Below are positions 21,901-30,869 of a stretch of 64,000 nt of DNA, piece after piece. Under the pieces are notes generated by a model that saw only the letters and a list, made by a program, of their open reading frames with translations, was not told where the DNA came from and searched no databases. Position 1 is the first letter of the stretch. Every line of letters starts with the position of its first letter. The stretch covers positions 186,001-250,000 of IMG/VR virus record IMGVR_UViG_3300023174_000033; one strand, written 5' to 3'. The position numbers and the translations under genes were made by a program.

Positions 21901-24371
21901 ATGTAATTGAACAAAACTCATTTAGATCAACAATATCTGGTGGTGATTGGAACTCAATCGAAAGTTGTTCTAATAAGTCTGGTATCTTTGCTGGTGCTGG
22001 TAACCACATCTGTGATTACTCACAGAGGTCAGTAATTGTTGGTGGACACTGTGCTAGAATAACACAAGATTCGTGTAGATCAACAGTATCTGGTGGTTTT
22101 AGAAACTGTATCAGAGTTGACTCTTGTGATTCAGCTATTGTTGGTGGATACTGTGGTCAAATCTGTGAATCTAGCTGCAAAGCAACTATTATTGGTGGTG
22201 AATGTAATGAAGTACTTTATAATTCAAACAACTCTTCAATAATTGGAGGTCGTTGTAATACCATCTACAGTGCTGTTAATTCAGCAATAGTTGGTGGTTG
22301 TAACTTATACTTAAGTACTTCTAACACTGTATTGGTTCCTAAATTGAGAATTAATAGTGTTATAAACTCACCATCTGATGATACAATCTTAACAAGAGAT
22401 AATTCAGGAAATGTAAACTTTAGGTCAGTTGCTTCATTACAACCAAGTTTTGGTGGTATAATTAATGGTGCTACTGAATCAATGACTGGTTTTATGAACC
22501 AGATTTGTAACTCAAATAACTCATCAGTTATTGGTGGTTCTTATAACTGTGTTTGTTGTTCTTCTAATCAATCATCAATAATTGGTGGTTACAGTAATGC
22601 AATTAATTTTTACTCAGTAAACTCAACAGTATTAGGTGGTACTGATAATAAAATTTGTTGTTCAGTCGTATCATCTATAATTGGTTCATATGTTTCTATT
22701 ATAACAAAATCAGTTGCTTCCAATATTATGGGTGGGGCTGGAAATCAAATACGTTGTTGTTCTAGTGGTTCATCCATTATTGGCGGACAAGGTAACGGTG
22801 TTTTATACTACTCTTGTGGTTCATCTGTAGTTGGTGGATGTTGTAATGCGGTAGTTTATGGGTCTAATGTATCATCAGTAATTGGTGGTTCTTGTAACAT
22901 AATCTATTCTAGTGACCATTCATCAATAGTAGGTGGTTCGTGTAATTGTGTTACTTACTGTTCTGATAGAAGTTCCATTTTAGGTGGATGTTGTAATAAA
23001 GTATGTAGCTATTCTTGTTACTCATCGATAATTGGTGGTGCGTGTAATCAAATTTGTGGAGCATTCTATGGTTATGGTTATGGTCCAGGAGGTTATCAAT
23101 ATGGTTCTTGTTATTCATCTATAGTAGGTGGAAAGTGTAATAGAGTAATGTTTGACTCAAGCTATTCATCTGTAATTGGTGGGTGTAGAAATGAAATTTG
23201 TACATACTCTGACAACTCATCAATTTTTGGTGGATGTAGTAACTACATAGGTTGTGAAGTTAATATGTCCTCAATAATTGGTGGATATGAAAACAATATC
23301 TACTGTCGTTCTTGTAGATCTACTATTGTTGGTGGATATAGTAATAACATATCATATGGTTCATGTGATTCAACTATAGTAGGTGGATATGATAACTACA
23401 CTACTTCTTACAGTAAATATTCAACTATAGTTGGTGGTTATAATAACTCTATTTGTGCATATTCTTGTAATACAACAATCTCAGGTGGTTGTGGAAATCA
23501 AATTTGTTCATACTCTTGCAACTCATCTATATTTGGTGGTAGTTGTAACTGTATCTGTGGTTGGAATGGACCTGGTCCAACGTTTGTTTTTGGATCTTGT
23601 AATTCTACTATTGTCGGTGGGTGTTGCAATAGAATTCAAAGAGATTCTAGTTTCTCAAGTATTATTGGTGGGTGTTGCAATACGGTTGATTATTACGCCG
23701 ATTTTTCAACAGTTATTGGGGGTTATAGAAATATAGTAAACGATGGTTCATGTTATTCATCTGTAATAGGTGGTTGTTGTAATAGAATCTGTTATAGTTC
23801 AGAACACTCCGGTATATTTGGTGGTGGTTGGAATAAAATTGAACGTTCAGACAAATCTGTTGTGTTGGGTGGTAATAATAACCACATATGCCAAAATTCT
23901 GAAAGGTCTGGCATCTTAGCTGGTCGTTCCAATCTAATTAAAGATTATTCTTGTTATGCATCAATCGTTGGTGGTTGTCGTAATAATGTTTGTTACTACT
24001 CTTGTTCTTCTGCTGTGATAAGTGGTTGTTGTAATATGATATGTGACTATAGTTATACTTCAACTATAATTGGCGGAGCTTGTAACTGTATTTGTAACTC
24101 TTGTTGTTCAACTATAATTGGTGGATGTTGTAATACAATAAATCAAGATACAAATAACTCAGTCATACTTGGTGGTGTTGGACTTTGTTTAACATCAAGC
24201 AATAGTAATACTGTTTATGTTCCAACACTTATGACTACTACTATTTCAAATGTGAACCCTGTTTCTTGGAAACTCGGTACAACAGCTTCTGGTTCAGTAA
24301 CTGTTGATACGACACAATATATTGAAGTTTCGATAAATGGTGTTATATACAAACTGGCAGTTGTTCAATAA
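18915..24371 (+). CDS. Very Cys-rich beta-helix/beta-roll fibre protein (about 15-aa S-S-I-I-G-G-C-C-N repeat)
   Basis: 1818 aa. N-terminal LRQ..GR.LT..ELD.NF.YL fibre anchor, then three long repeat blocks separated by NTV(L/Y)VP.L linkers. AATATATA at 18881..18888. Confidence 0.75.
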   Translation: MSTYSLTLRQDVGRKLTIQELDHNFLYLEDLTSEGGGSVNLPKGYVVIGGGLTGSATGSESFTFDSTKQNIIVGYSSNITGTTSYSSIVGGTDNTIDLSSKSGIFSGVSAKICNNSERSVIIGGSQDKILDYSCRSTVIGGFRNCITDFSCNSSVMAGCCNKVQCNSCNSSIMGGCCNTICDNSCASSIVGGYRNTICYESDYSSVIGGCCNRICDYSDHSGIFSGGWNKIQYSDKSVVLGGNNNHICIYSDRSGVLAGRCNQIIGFSNYSTIVGGCCNGIAYYSCSSTITGGSCNFIVGRIGGPSASCYGSCDSSIIGGCCNHIYDQSMASSILGGCCNSITCQTCNSSVLGGICNTITCQSCNSSVIGGCCNTIYYSSQSTIVGGQCNQICGYWDSNCEPNYNSIIGGCRNCIVTSDYASIIGGYCNCIMGYDGDYSSIIGGGYNTICYNSQHSSIVGGHYNTIYTSNFSSVIGGCCNWICDYSCSSIIAGGHYNYIFNSCCSAMVGGYESCICDESCLSTVIGGSRNCVIDNSCGSSILGGNCNRICCSNNSVIIGGSNLTLATQSNTVLVPYLKINNLDQCNANTKILVVDSQGNVNYRTAESLGGGASLYGINNILTDTTFSNILGGNANRITCVFSSSILGGYQNSICCYSDNSTIVGGSANLISENSDSSTIVGGYENSICCFSSYSSVIGGANNRICDNSCQSSIVGGGCNVIYFDSGYSSVIGGCCNRICDNSCNSGIFSGGWNKIQYSSKSVVLGGNNNHICYYSDRSGILAGRCNQIKDYSYYASIVGGRCNKICGKECLCDPGFLYGSCESTIIGGCCNSICDTSFRSSILGGSCNTITCQSCNSTIMGGYENDIKERSKNSTIIGGGCNTIGVCYTNPVCNSAIISSYGSCIENYTCNSTILGGANNKISGDYVVGPTGDRSNGDTVIGGYRNTICYNSCYSSIVGGRCNLICDNSDSSSIVGGCCNRVYCSDNSTITGGCFNVIEQNSFRSTISGGDWNSIESCSNKSGIFAGAGNHICDYSQRSVIVGGHCARITQDSCRSTVSGGFRNCIRVDSCDSAIVGGYCGQICESSCKATIIGGECNEVLYNSNNSSIIGGRCNTIYSAVNSAIVGGCNLYLSTSNTVLVPKLRINSVINSPSDDTILTRDNSGNVNFRSVASLQPSFGGIINGATESMTGFMNQICNSNNSSVIGGSYNCVCCSSNQSSIIGGYSNAINFYSVNSTVLGGTDNKICCSVVSSIIGSYVSIITKSVASNIMGGAGNQIRCCSSGSSIIGGQGNGVLYYSCGSSVVGGCCNAVVYGSNVSSVIGGSCNIIYSSDHSSIVGGSCNCVTYCSDRSSILGGCCNKVCSYSCYSSIIGGACNQICGAFYGYGYGPGGYQYGSCYSSIVGGKCNRVMFDSSYSSVIGGCRNEICTYSDNSSIFGGCSNYIGCEVNMSSIIGGYENNIYCRSCRSTIVGGYSNNISYGSCDSTIVGGYDNYTTSYSKYSTIVGGYNNSICAYSCNTTISGGCGNQICSYSCNSSIFGGSCNCICGWNGPGPTFVFGSCNSTIVGGCCNRIQRDSSFSSIIGGCCNTVDYYADFSTVIGGYRNIVNDGSCYSSVIGGCCNRICYSSEHSGIFGGGWNKIERSDKSVVLGGNNNHICQNSERSGILAGRSNLIKDYSCYASIVGGCRNNVCYYSCSSAVISGCCNMICDYSYTSTIIGGACNCICNSCCSTIIGGCCNTINQDTNNSVILGGVGLCLTSSNSNTVYVPTLMTTTISNVNPVSWKLGTTASGSVTVDTTQYIEVSINGVIYKLAVVQ

Positions 24372-24384
24372 AATTTGAATAAGT

Positions 24385-25326
24385 ATGATTATTAGTTACA
24401 GAGATTTCATAAAAGAATCATACGGTGGTTTTAAAACTATTGGTGAGTATATCGAAAATTTATCCAAAGATAATGATTATGCTTTGAATATAATTTCTCA
24501 ATATACACAGGACTTCGATCCAAAGGTTCGACTCGCTAATGTGGTTAATACCCTACCAAAGTCAACTCAAGATTTGATTTTGAAATTGATTATAGATGAG
24601 AAATCTGGAAAAGAGGAACCAAAAGATGCTGATGTTATCGCTTATACCAGTGTGAATCTAAATGAGTCCACGACAGTAGTTGGTGGCAAACAAGTATTGC
24701 AATGTTTCCTTAAAGTAATTACAGCTCTTGGTCAAAAGAGTATTTCTTACAATCCAGAGAACACACCAAAAGATTTTATATTTTATTTCGAGACTTCTTT
24801 ACTTCAAGTTGACGATGTGAAGTCGGTGATGAGTAGATATCAATTTTTTGATAAAGTAGTTAATGAAATTGATTATACTTTTAACTTCTGTAATTTATAT
24901 TACGGAATTAAAACTGATGGTAAATTTGAATACGGTATAAAGACGGAAACAGAGATGTTGATAATAGGTCAATTTGATTTGACAGTTGGTGTCTTGAAAT
25001 ATTTACTTTTATTGAATTCGCCTTCAGCTAATGGTTTGAAAAAACAAATAGCGACTCTAAATATGAATCAACTTAAATTACTTGGTAAAATTAAAAACTC
25101 AATGGGAGATTTCAATCCTGGAACTTTCCAAAAGAAAATGAAACCTGTAATTACTGATAATATTATATCATATTCATATCATGATGAAAATATAGATATT
25201 AATGAAATTGAAAACATAAAAAGCAATTTCAAATCCTTTCTTATCCCAAACAGATGGTCGGATAAGGTACAGGTAAGTGTGTCTATAAATGGTAATTATC
25301 TTTTTCTAAATATAAAGATTAAGTAA
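24385..25326 (+). CDS. Hypothetical protein with capsid-targeting-like leader
   Basis: N-terminus MIISYRDFIKE/S and an internal LNES site. Confidence 0.55.
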   Translation: MIISYRDFIKESYGGFKTIGEYIENLSKDNDYALNIISQYTQDFDPKVRLANVVNTLPKSTQDLILKLIIDEKSGKEEPKDADVIAYTSVNLNESTTVVGGKQVLQCFLKVITALGQKSISYNPENTPKDFIFYFETSLLQVDDVKSVMSRYQFFDKVVNEIDYTFNFCNLYYGIKTDGKFEYGIKTETEMLIIGQFDLTVGVLKYLLLLNSPSANGLKKQIATLNMNQLKLLGKIKNSMGDFNPGTFQKKMKPVITDNIISYSYHDENIDINEIENIKSNFKSFLIPNRWSDKVQVSVSINGNYLFLNIKIK

Positions 25327-25328
25327 TC

Positions 25329-27215
25329 TTAATATTTGAAATTCTTGAAAGATTTGAATCTGATAGATTCACCAACTGGCGTACTTCCTAAATTAACACG
25401 ACTCCAATCCATTATTGACTTCACCATCTCTGATTTGTGCTTTTCATCAATGATGTCTGAATTGGTAATATAAGTAATTATATCTCTGGTGAATACCTCA
25501 GGATCCTCCATAGATTTATCCTTCAATCTTTTTAATTGATCAAATATAAATAATACGGAATCAATTTTACCAGCGGCAGCCGCCCATTTTAAAGCCATCC
25601 ATCTTCTTTCAGTTACGATTGTTAATTGTTTTTGTTCAATTGACAATTTATCACCTGGCATGTTATCTGCATATTTAAGTAATAATTTCATTGATTCTAC
25701 ATCTCCCGCTTTCGAAGCTGCTCTGAAAGGATACCCCCTGTCAAAATTCGGGTCTAGACCAGCTTTCAAAAGATATTCAACAGCTTCTGTGTTAGTCGCT
25801 AGATTTCTAAAGACACTTGAATTTAGTGTGGCGCCATGAGAAACCAATAGTTTTACCATTTCCAAATCTTTAGCATATGACACTGCGGTGTCCGCACTAC
25901 TACCATCTGTAATGTTTGGCATTGCCCCCCTCTTTAAAAGGATACTCACAAGTTCTTTGTTATCAGACTTTACTGCATTTTTCAATGGTAATCCACCTCT
26001 TGAATTCGGATCAGCTCCATTTTCCAAGGCCTCTTGGGCTTCTTCAATAGTAATGTTTGTTTCAACAATTTTTCTTGATGCTAGAATCCTTTTTCTTTTT
26101 ATCTCTTGCTCCTCTTTTGACATAGGTCCAAAGACATCCATCGGTAAACCCCAGTCTTTTATTATAGTTTTAAATGAACTTTGAACACTAGCATCCAACT
26201 TGTCATGTGCTGCACTTATATCACCATTTGGTTTTATGGTCATTCCAATTACAGATCTGGAATTAGTTGGATCTAAATTGAAGTTATATACGTAGTATTG
26301 TTTATTGTATTCCTGTAAATAATTATCCCAATAACCCTGGCTTCTAGCAATACAATGAGAGGTGTGACCATTTAATTCTCTATTTGCGATATAAGTAAAT
26401 ACTTCTATCACTAAATATCCATCTTTATCATATACAATTTTTGCACCATTTTGAGGGCCAAATTTGGTATTTACTTCATCAATTTTCTGCATGAATTTAC
26501 TAAATTGGCCGTTGTTTAAAGATTTCAAATAATTTAAGGCATAATCAATAAGTTCATCCAACTTCTTAAAGTCTTTAAGTTTTGAATAGAAAACTCTTTG
26601 AAGAGATTTTTGTGACTTCTCATCAACTTTGCCACTTTCATCTCTCCCCATCTCACCAAAAGCTATACCGATTTCTCTAATCTTTTCCTTTTGTTGATTA
26701 ATTGCCTCATCAATCCATTTCTTTTGATTTGGTAATAATTCGTTATAGAATTTCTTATAAGATTTTTCAAGTAATAATTTATCAATATCATCTGAAATTC
26801 TTTCAGAAATCGGCCTTTGATCGTCATCAGTTGGTTTAATCGCTGCGTATCTATCCAATGCCATAGGTAAATCCTTGACCATAGTTCCTAGTGATTTTAC
26901 TCTGTCGAATAAACTTTGCAATTCAAGAAACTTTTCTTGATCTGAATAATCTTGATTTGGATCTAATTCTTCAAAAAATATTTTGGTAAAAAGAAAGGTA
27001 TATCCTGGCGCATCTTTACACAAATCTTTTATTTTTAAAAACTTTGGATTTGTTTCAGCTGCTCTTACCTCATCGGCGGATAAACTCACAGGTTGATCTG
27101 TCTCACCAGCTTCTGCTTTTTTCTTTTTAAATGCGAGATTTTTTAAATATACTTTAGCTTGTTGGACATTCTCATTTAAGCTATCTTTGAAATCAAAATA
27201 TTTTTTCTGTAACAT
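25329..27215 (-). CDS. Ankyrin-repeat protein with capsid-targeting-like motifs at both termini
   Basis: Ankyrin repeats (GADPN...PLKNAV...ELVSILLKRGA; EMVKLLVSHGA; YLLKAGLDPN...PFRAA). N-terminus KKYFDFKDSLNE, C-terminus GESIRFKSFKNF. Confidence 0.75.
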   Translation of the reverse strand: MLQKKYFDFKDSLNENVQQAKVYLKNLAFKKKKAEAGETDQPVSLSADEVRAAETNPKFLKIKDLCKDAPGYTFLFTKIFFEELDPNQDYSDQEKFLELQSLFDRVKSLGTMVKDLPMALDRYAAIKPTDDDQRPISERISDDIDKLLLEKSYKKFYNELLPNQKKWIDEAINQQKEKIREIGIAFGEMGRDESGKVDEKSQKSLQRVFYSKLKDFKKLDELIDYALNYLKSLNNGQFSKFMQKIDEVNTKFGPQNGAKIVYDKDGYLVIEVFTYIANRELNGHTSHCIARSQGYWDNYLQEYNKQYYVYNFNLDPTNSRSVIGMTIKPNGDISAAHDKLDASVQSSFKTIIKDWGLPMDVFGPMSKEEQEIKRKRILASRKIVETNITIEEAQEALENGADPNSRGGLPLKNAVKSDNKELVSILLKRGAMPNITDGSSADTAVSYAKDLEMVKLLVSHGATLNSSVFRNLATNTEAVEYLLKAGLDPNFDRGYPFRAASKAGDVESMKLLLKYADNMPGDKLSIEQKQLTIVTERRWMALKWAAAAGKIDSVLFIFDQLKRLKDKSMEDPEVFTRDIITYITNSDIIDEKHKSEMVKSIMDWSRVNLGSTPVGESIRFKSFKNFKY

Positions 27216-27224
27216 AAAATCTTA

Positions 27225-28604
27225 TTATTTTAAATATTGGGATAACATTCTTACTTTCTCAAAATCACCAGCATCAATAGCATCATCTATTAACTCTTGG
27301 ATTTCACTCTGTGACATATCTTCAATTGACTTTTCTTTTTGTTGAAGTTGTTGGATTTCAGATGGTTTTTCAGTAGTTCCACCACTTTTTTGTGATTCTT
27401 CCCACTCTTTCATCTTTCTCTCATAATCTTTCATCTCCTCTTCGTATCTCCTCATCTGACCTTCGTAATCTAAATCATTAATCAAGTCATCAATCATAGA
27501 ATCAACTTTAGCTCTAGCTTCTGGTGTTTTTGTTAAAATACCTTTAACCAACTCTAAGAAATCTTTAGTTTCCATTGTTTCTCTGTCTAAAAGAGTTCTG
27601 AAGAATTCTTCTCTGAGATTTGGGATTTCATCAATCCTTTCATTTTCATTTAGAAATGCAGTTAAATCTTTTGCAATTCTTGGACCATATTTCCAATCTT
27701 CAGGCTCATCTGATAAACCAGTATTTATTAATACAGTTTGAGCAACTGATTCTTCTTCTGGAAGACCAGGTGCTGATAATAACTCATAAATACCTTTAAC
27801 GGTCTCATGTAATAACATAGGAAAATCAACACCAACAGCTTTGATAACAGGAGTTGTTTTTAACTCATCCATTTCCATATCAAACATATCATCTTCTGAT
27901 TCATCACCGGTATATTCTTTATATTCTTCCTCTGATTCCTCTTCCTCTTTTGGTTTCCAAGCTACATAAGAAGCTCCAGCAAATCCTTCTGGATTCACTT
28001 CCATCATCGCTGCTCTTTGTTGTGGGTCTGCTAACCAATCTAATTTGTCAGCACTATCCGTCATCCTTTTCCAAATAGTTAAAATCTGTTCCGATTGGTC
28101 GCCAAAAATATCTCTAACACCATCTTGAACGATTGAAGATTCCAATAAATCTTTTATCCCTTTAGCTTTTCCTTGGATGAGTAAGTTAGCAATCTTTCTT
28201 TTGTGAATTTCATCCTTAACATCCTCATCAGTTATTTCTCTGAATGATTCCATATCTGGTTCTGATTCTTCAGCTTCATCCATGAAATTTTTAACTTCTC
28301 TTGGTTTAACAAGTTTAAGGTCAAGTTCTATTTCATATCTTTTTAGTAAGTCTTGGTAGATTGATGTTATCAAATCAGTGGCTAGTTTGGAAAGTTCTTC
28401 CTCTTTACCCTGTGTTAATCTCTGAGACTCTCCTAAATCACGCATGAGTTGCATACCAACTTGCATTTCTTGTCCTCTATCTCCTTGTCTAACACCCATT
28501 CTTTGTTGCTCTTCTCTTTCAATACCTGATTTGTATCCACCAGGCACGGCTGGATTGTCTTCAATCGATGCTTCCTTTAAAAATGTTGTATATTTCTTTA
28601 ACAT
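27225..28604 (-). CDS. Acidic hypothetical protein with capsid-targeting-like leader
   Basis: MLKKYTTFLKE/A, central FPMLLHETVKGIYE motif, C-terminal IDDAIDAGDFEKV. Confidence 0.6.
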   Translation of the reverse strand: MLKKYTTFLKEASIEDNPAVPGGYKSGIEREEQQRMGVRQGDRGQEMQVGMQLMRDLGESQRLTQGKEEELSKLATDLITSIYQDLLKRYEIELDLKLVKPREVKNFMDEAEESEPDMESFREITDEDVKDEIHKRKIANLLIQGKAKGIKDLLESSIVQDGVRDIFGDQSEQILTIWKRMTDSADKLDWLADPQQRAAMMEVNPEGFAGASYVAWKPKEEEESEEEYKEYTGDESEDDMFDMEMDELKTTPVIKAVGVDFPMLLHETVKGIYELLSAPGLPEEESVAQTVLINTGLSDEPEDWKYGPRIAKDLTAFLNENERIDEIPNLREEFFRTLLDRETMETKDFLELVKGILTKTPEARAKVDSMIDDLINDLDYEGQMRRYEEEMKDYERKMKEWEESQKSGGTTEKPSEIQQLQQKEKSIEDMSQSEIQELIDDAIDAGDFEKVRMLSQYLK

Positions 28605-28606
28605 AA

Positions 28607-28849
28607 TTATTTAATATATTTTTCTACAGATTCACCTGCTTTTGACATTTCAGCGATGAAAGTATAAGCTACTTCCTCGGAAAGTTCCTTTTCAGCTTTT
28701 GGACCTGGTTTAACTTTTGGTTCTTTGATAGTTCTATCCTTTCTCTCTGGTTTAACAGGTGCTATTGGCTTAGAAGGAGCGATTTTTGGTTTTGATGGAG
28801 CTATTGTATTCTCTTTTAGGAATTTATGATAAGTTTTGAGACGTTTCAT
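28607..28849 (-). CDS. Small Pro/Lys-rich protein with capsid-targeting-like leader
   Basis: MKRLKTYHKFLKE/N followed by IAPSKP repeats. AATATATA on the minus strand at 28867..28874. Confidence 0.6.
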   Translation of the reverse strand: MKRLKTYHKFLKENTIAPSKPKIAPSKPIAPVKPERKDRTIKEPKVKPGPKAEKELSEEVAYTFIAEMSKAGESVEKYIK

Positions 28850-28922
28850 AGAATATTGAGTTTTTTTATATATTAAAAATTGAAATTAAAAATAAATATA
28901 TACAGAAATATAAAATAGAATT

Positions 28923-29417
28923 ATGAAGAAATTCTCTACATTTAAATTCAAACATCTACGTGTTTTTGAACAAGACGAACAAAATAATATCCAAACTATT
29001 GAACCTCAACAACCTGAGATTCAAAATACTGAGGTTTCTGGAGCTTCAAAATTCTTTTCAAAGTTGTTTGAATCGAGAGAAATGGCACACGTATATCATT
29101 TATCCGTAAAGGGTGATATGGGATCATATGCAGCTCATGTTGCTTTAGGATCGTATTATGACAGTATTCTTGGCCAGATAGATAGCTTAATTGAAACATA
29201 TCAGGGCCAATATGGATTGGTTGAAAATTTTGAGATTATCAACACCGCTGATACAAAAACAAAAGAGCCAATAGCATATTTTGAAGAATTAGTTGAGTTT
29301 GTCAAAACTGAAAGACACACTTGTTTGAAAGATGAAGATACACATCTTCAAAATATGGTTGATGAAGTTATCGCTTTGATTTATCAAACACTTTATAAAT
29401 TGAAGTTCAACAAGTAA
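28923..29417 (+). CDS. Dps/ferritin-like four-helix protein (DUF5856-type)
   Basis: H..H.......Y..H.AL..YY.......D.L.E.YQG..G pattern and C-terminal N..DE......TLYKL. Promoter at 28895..28902. Confidence 0.65.
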   Translation: MKKFSTFKFKHLRVFEQDEQNNIQTIEPQQPEIQNTEVSGASKFFSKLFESREMAHVYHLSVKGDMGSYAAHVALGSYYDSILGQIDSLIETYQGQYGLVENFEIINTADTKTKEPIAYFEELVEFVKTERHTCLKDEDTHLQNMVDEVIALIYQTLYKLKFNK

Positions 29418-29421
29418 TCAA

Positions 29422-29841
29422 TTATATTAATTGATTTAACTTTTCGTTTCTCGTATATGACTTTTTATACTGGTCATAATCAATTTCTGCAGTTTGGAAC
29501 ACTTTTGGCAAAGAAGCCCATCCATTATTGTTTGTAATTTGTTCGTAGGTAAAGCTTAAAACTTTCCCCTTTTTTCTTTGTGAGAATTTTAAATCCTCAC
29601 CATGTAAATCCAATTGCAATTGAAAAGTTTTATCTTCTTGAAATATCTGAACTGTTAGTGACCAATCTTTTGATTTCGTTTTCTTGATATTGAAATCAAA
29701 AAAGTCATCAGAATAGATAATCTCTATTTTTTTAACTTTATTTTTACCTCTCTCTACAAGATTGATGTCAACAATATCATCGTATTTTAAAATAAGAAAA
29801 TTTGGGGAACTATAAAAATATACCTTATAAAGATTTTTCAT
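29422..29841 (-). CDS. Hypothetical protein
   Basis: 139-aa ORF directly downstream of the 29843..30148 gene. Confidence 0.5.
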   Translation of the reverse strand: MKNLYKVYFYSSPNFLILKYDDIVDINLVERGKNKVKKIEIIYSDDFFDFNIKKTKSKDWSLTVQIFQEDKTFQLQLDLHGEDLKFSQRKKGKVLSFTYEQITNNNGWASLPKVFQTAEIDYDQYKKSYTRNEKLNQLI

Positions 29842-29842
29842 A

Positions 29843-30148
29843 TCAGTATAAATATTTTCTCCCGTTATCCTTATAGTCCTCTAAATTTTTATATACTGTA
29901 TCTAATAAACTCAAAGCATCAAGAAGATTTGTATCAACTTTTTCAAAATTTAAAATTGAATCATCAATCTGGTCGTTTTTTTTCTTTTTCTTATCTGAAA
30001 AAGCAGATAAATCGGTTGAAATCTTCTTTATTTCCTTTTTCTTCTCGTCAATTATTTCGGAAATATCTTTCAAATTCTTTATCATTTCTTCAACCTTTTC
30101 AGAAGAAATATCTTGTACCATGTCTTCACTAATTTTTCTTATTCGCAT
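29843..30148 (-). CDS. Small coiled-coil hypothetical protein
   Basis: Start moved to MRIRKISED (30148), downstream of minus-strand AATATATA at 30174..30181. The ORF-track extension overlaps the divergent gene. Confidence 0.55.
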   Translation of the reverse strand: MRIRKISEDMVQDISSEKVEEMIKNLKDISEIIDEKKKEIKKISTDLSAFSDKKKKKNDQIDDSILNFEKVDTNLLDALSLLDTVYKNLEDYKDNGRKYLY

Positions 30149-30188
30149 ATGATTTGAAAATTTTAATATATAGTATATATTACAATCA

Positions 30189-30869
30189 ATGAAGAAGAAA
30201 ACTAAACTTATACTTGAATTTACCGAATTCAATGCTCAAAGACTTAATCCGGATTCGGCTCAAATGGGAATTGCGGTTGATAACCCACAATTATCTATAA
30301 ATGCCTTTGACAAACACGAAGATGCCATCAGAGCAGGAATTTCAAAAATAAACTCTATAATTCACTCACTTGCAAATAGTTCTGGTTATAGATCCTTGAA
30401 ATCAAAATTAGCCCTTGAAGATCAGAAGATTCAATCCATGAAAATTCAAAGAATTATAAAATCAAATGAAGTAGATTATAATATTTATTTCAGTTTTGTG
30501 ATTGGTGATGAGGAGTATTATGGAGTTTTAAAGAATCTATTCAATAGAAATCCGATCTTACAATCGGAAGTTTTCAAAGATTCAGATTTAATTCAAACTA
30601 AAGAATGGGTCATCAGAACTAGGGGGTTACTTTTGAAAGCTATTAAAATGTGGATGAAACCCGAAAGGGGGATTTACAAGGTTTTGAATGATAAAGTTTA
30701 TTGTTATTCACAAAAAACTGGCAATATGATTGAAATTGAAAAGGGAGAAGAAGTTGAGGTTATAAATTCTTCAGATCGTAAGATAATTATTACTTACGAT
30801 GGTGAACAGTATAATCTACTCAATGACAACTTTGTCTACTTCAATTGGTGGTTTGAGAAAATATCTTAA
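30189..30869 (+). CDS. Hypothetical protein (capsid-targeting-like leader, SH3-like C-terminus possible)
   Basis: 226 aa, N-terminus ..LILEFTEF, promoter at 30165..30172. Confidence 0.5.
   Translation: MKKKTKLILEFTEFNAQRLNPDSAQMGIAVDNPQLSINAFDKHEDAIRAGISKINSIIHSLANSSGYRSLKSKLALEDQKIQSMKIQRIIKSNEVDYNIYFSFVIGDEEYYGVLKNLFNRNPILQSEVFKDSDLIQTKEWVIRTRGLLLKAIKMWMKPERGIYKVLNDKVYCYSQKTGNMIEIEKGEEVEVINSSDRKIIITYDGEQYNLLNDNFVYFNWWFEKIS

Noticed and set aside
18915-24371. Triplicated blocks in the Cys-rich fibre as DGR template/variable repeats
   Set aside because: All copies are in frame within one gene, differences are not confined to adenines, and no reverse transcriptase is in the window.
29422-29460. 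C-terminal RNEKLNQLI as a second shared sorting motif
   Set aside because: Only one instance occurs in this window, so no pattern can be supported here.
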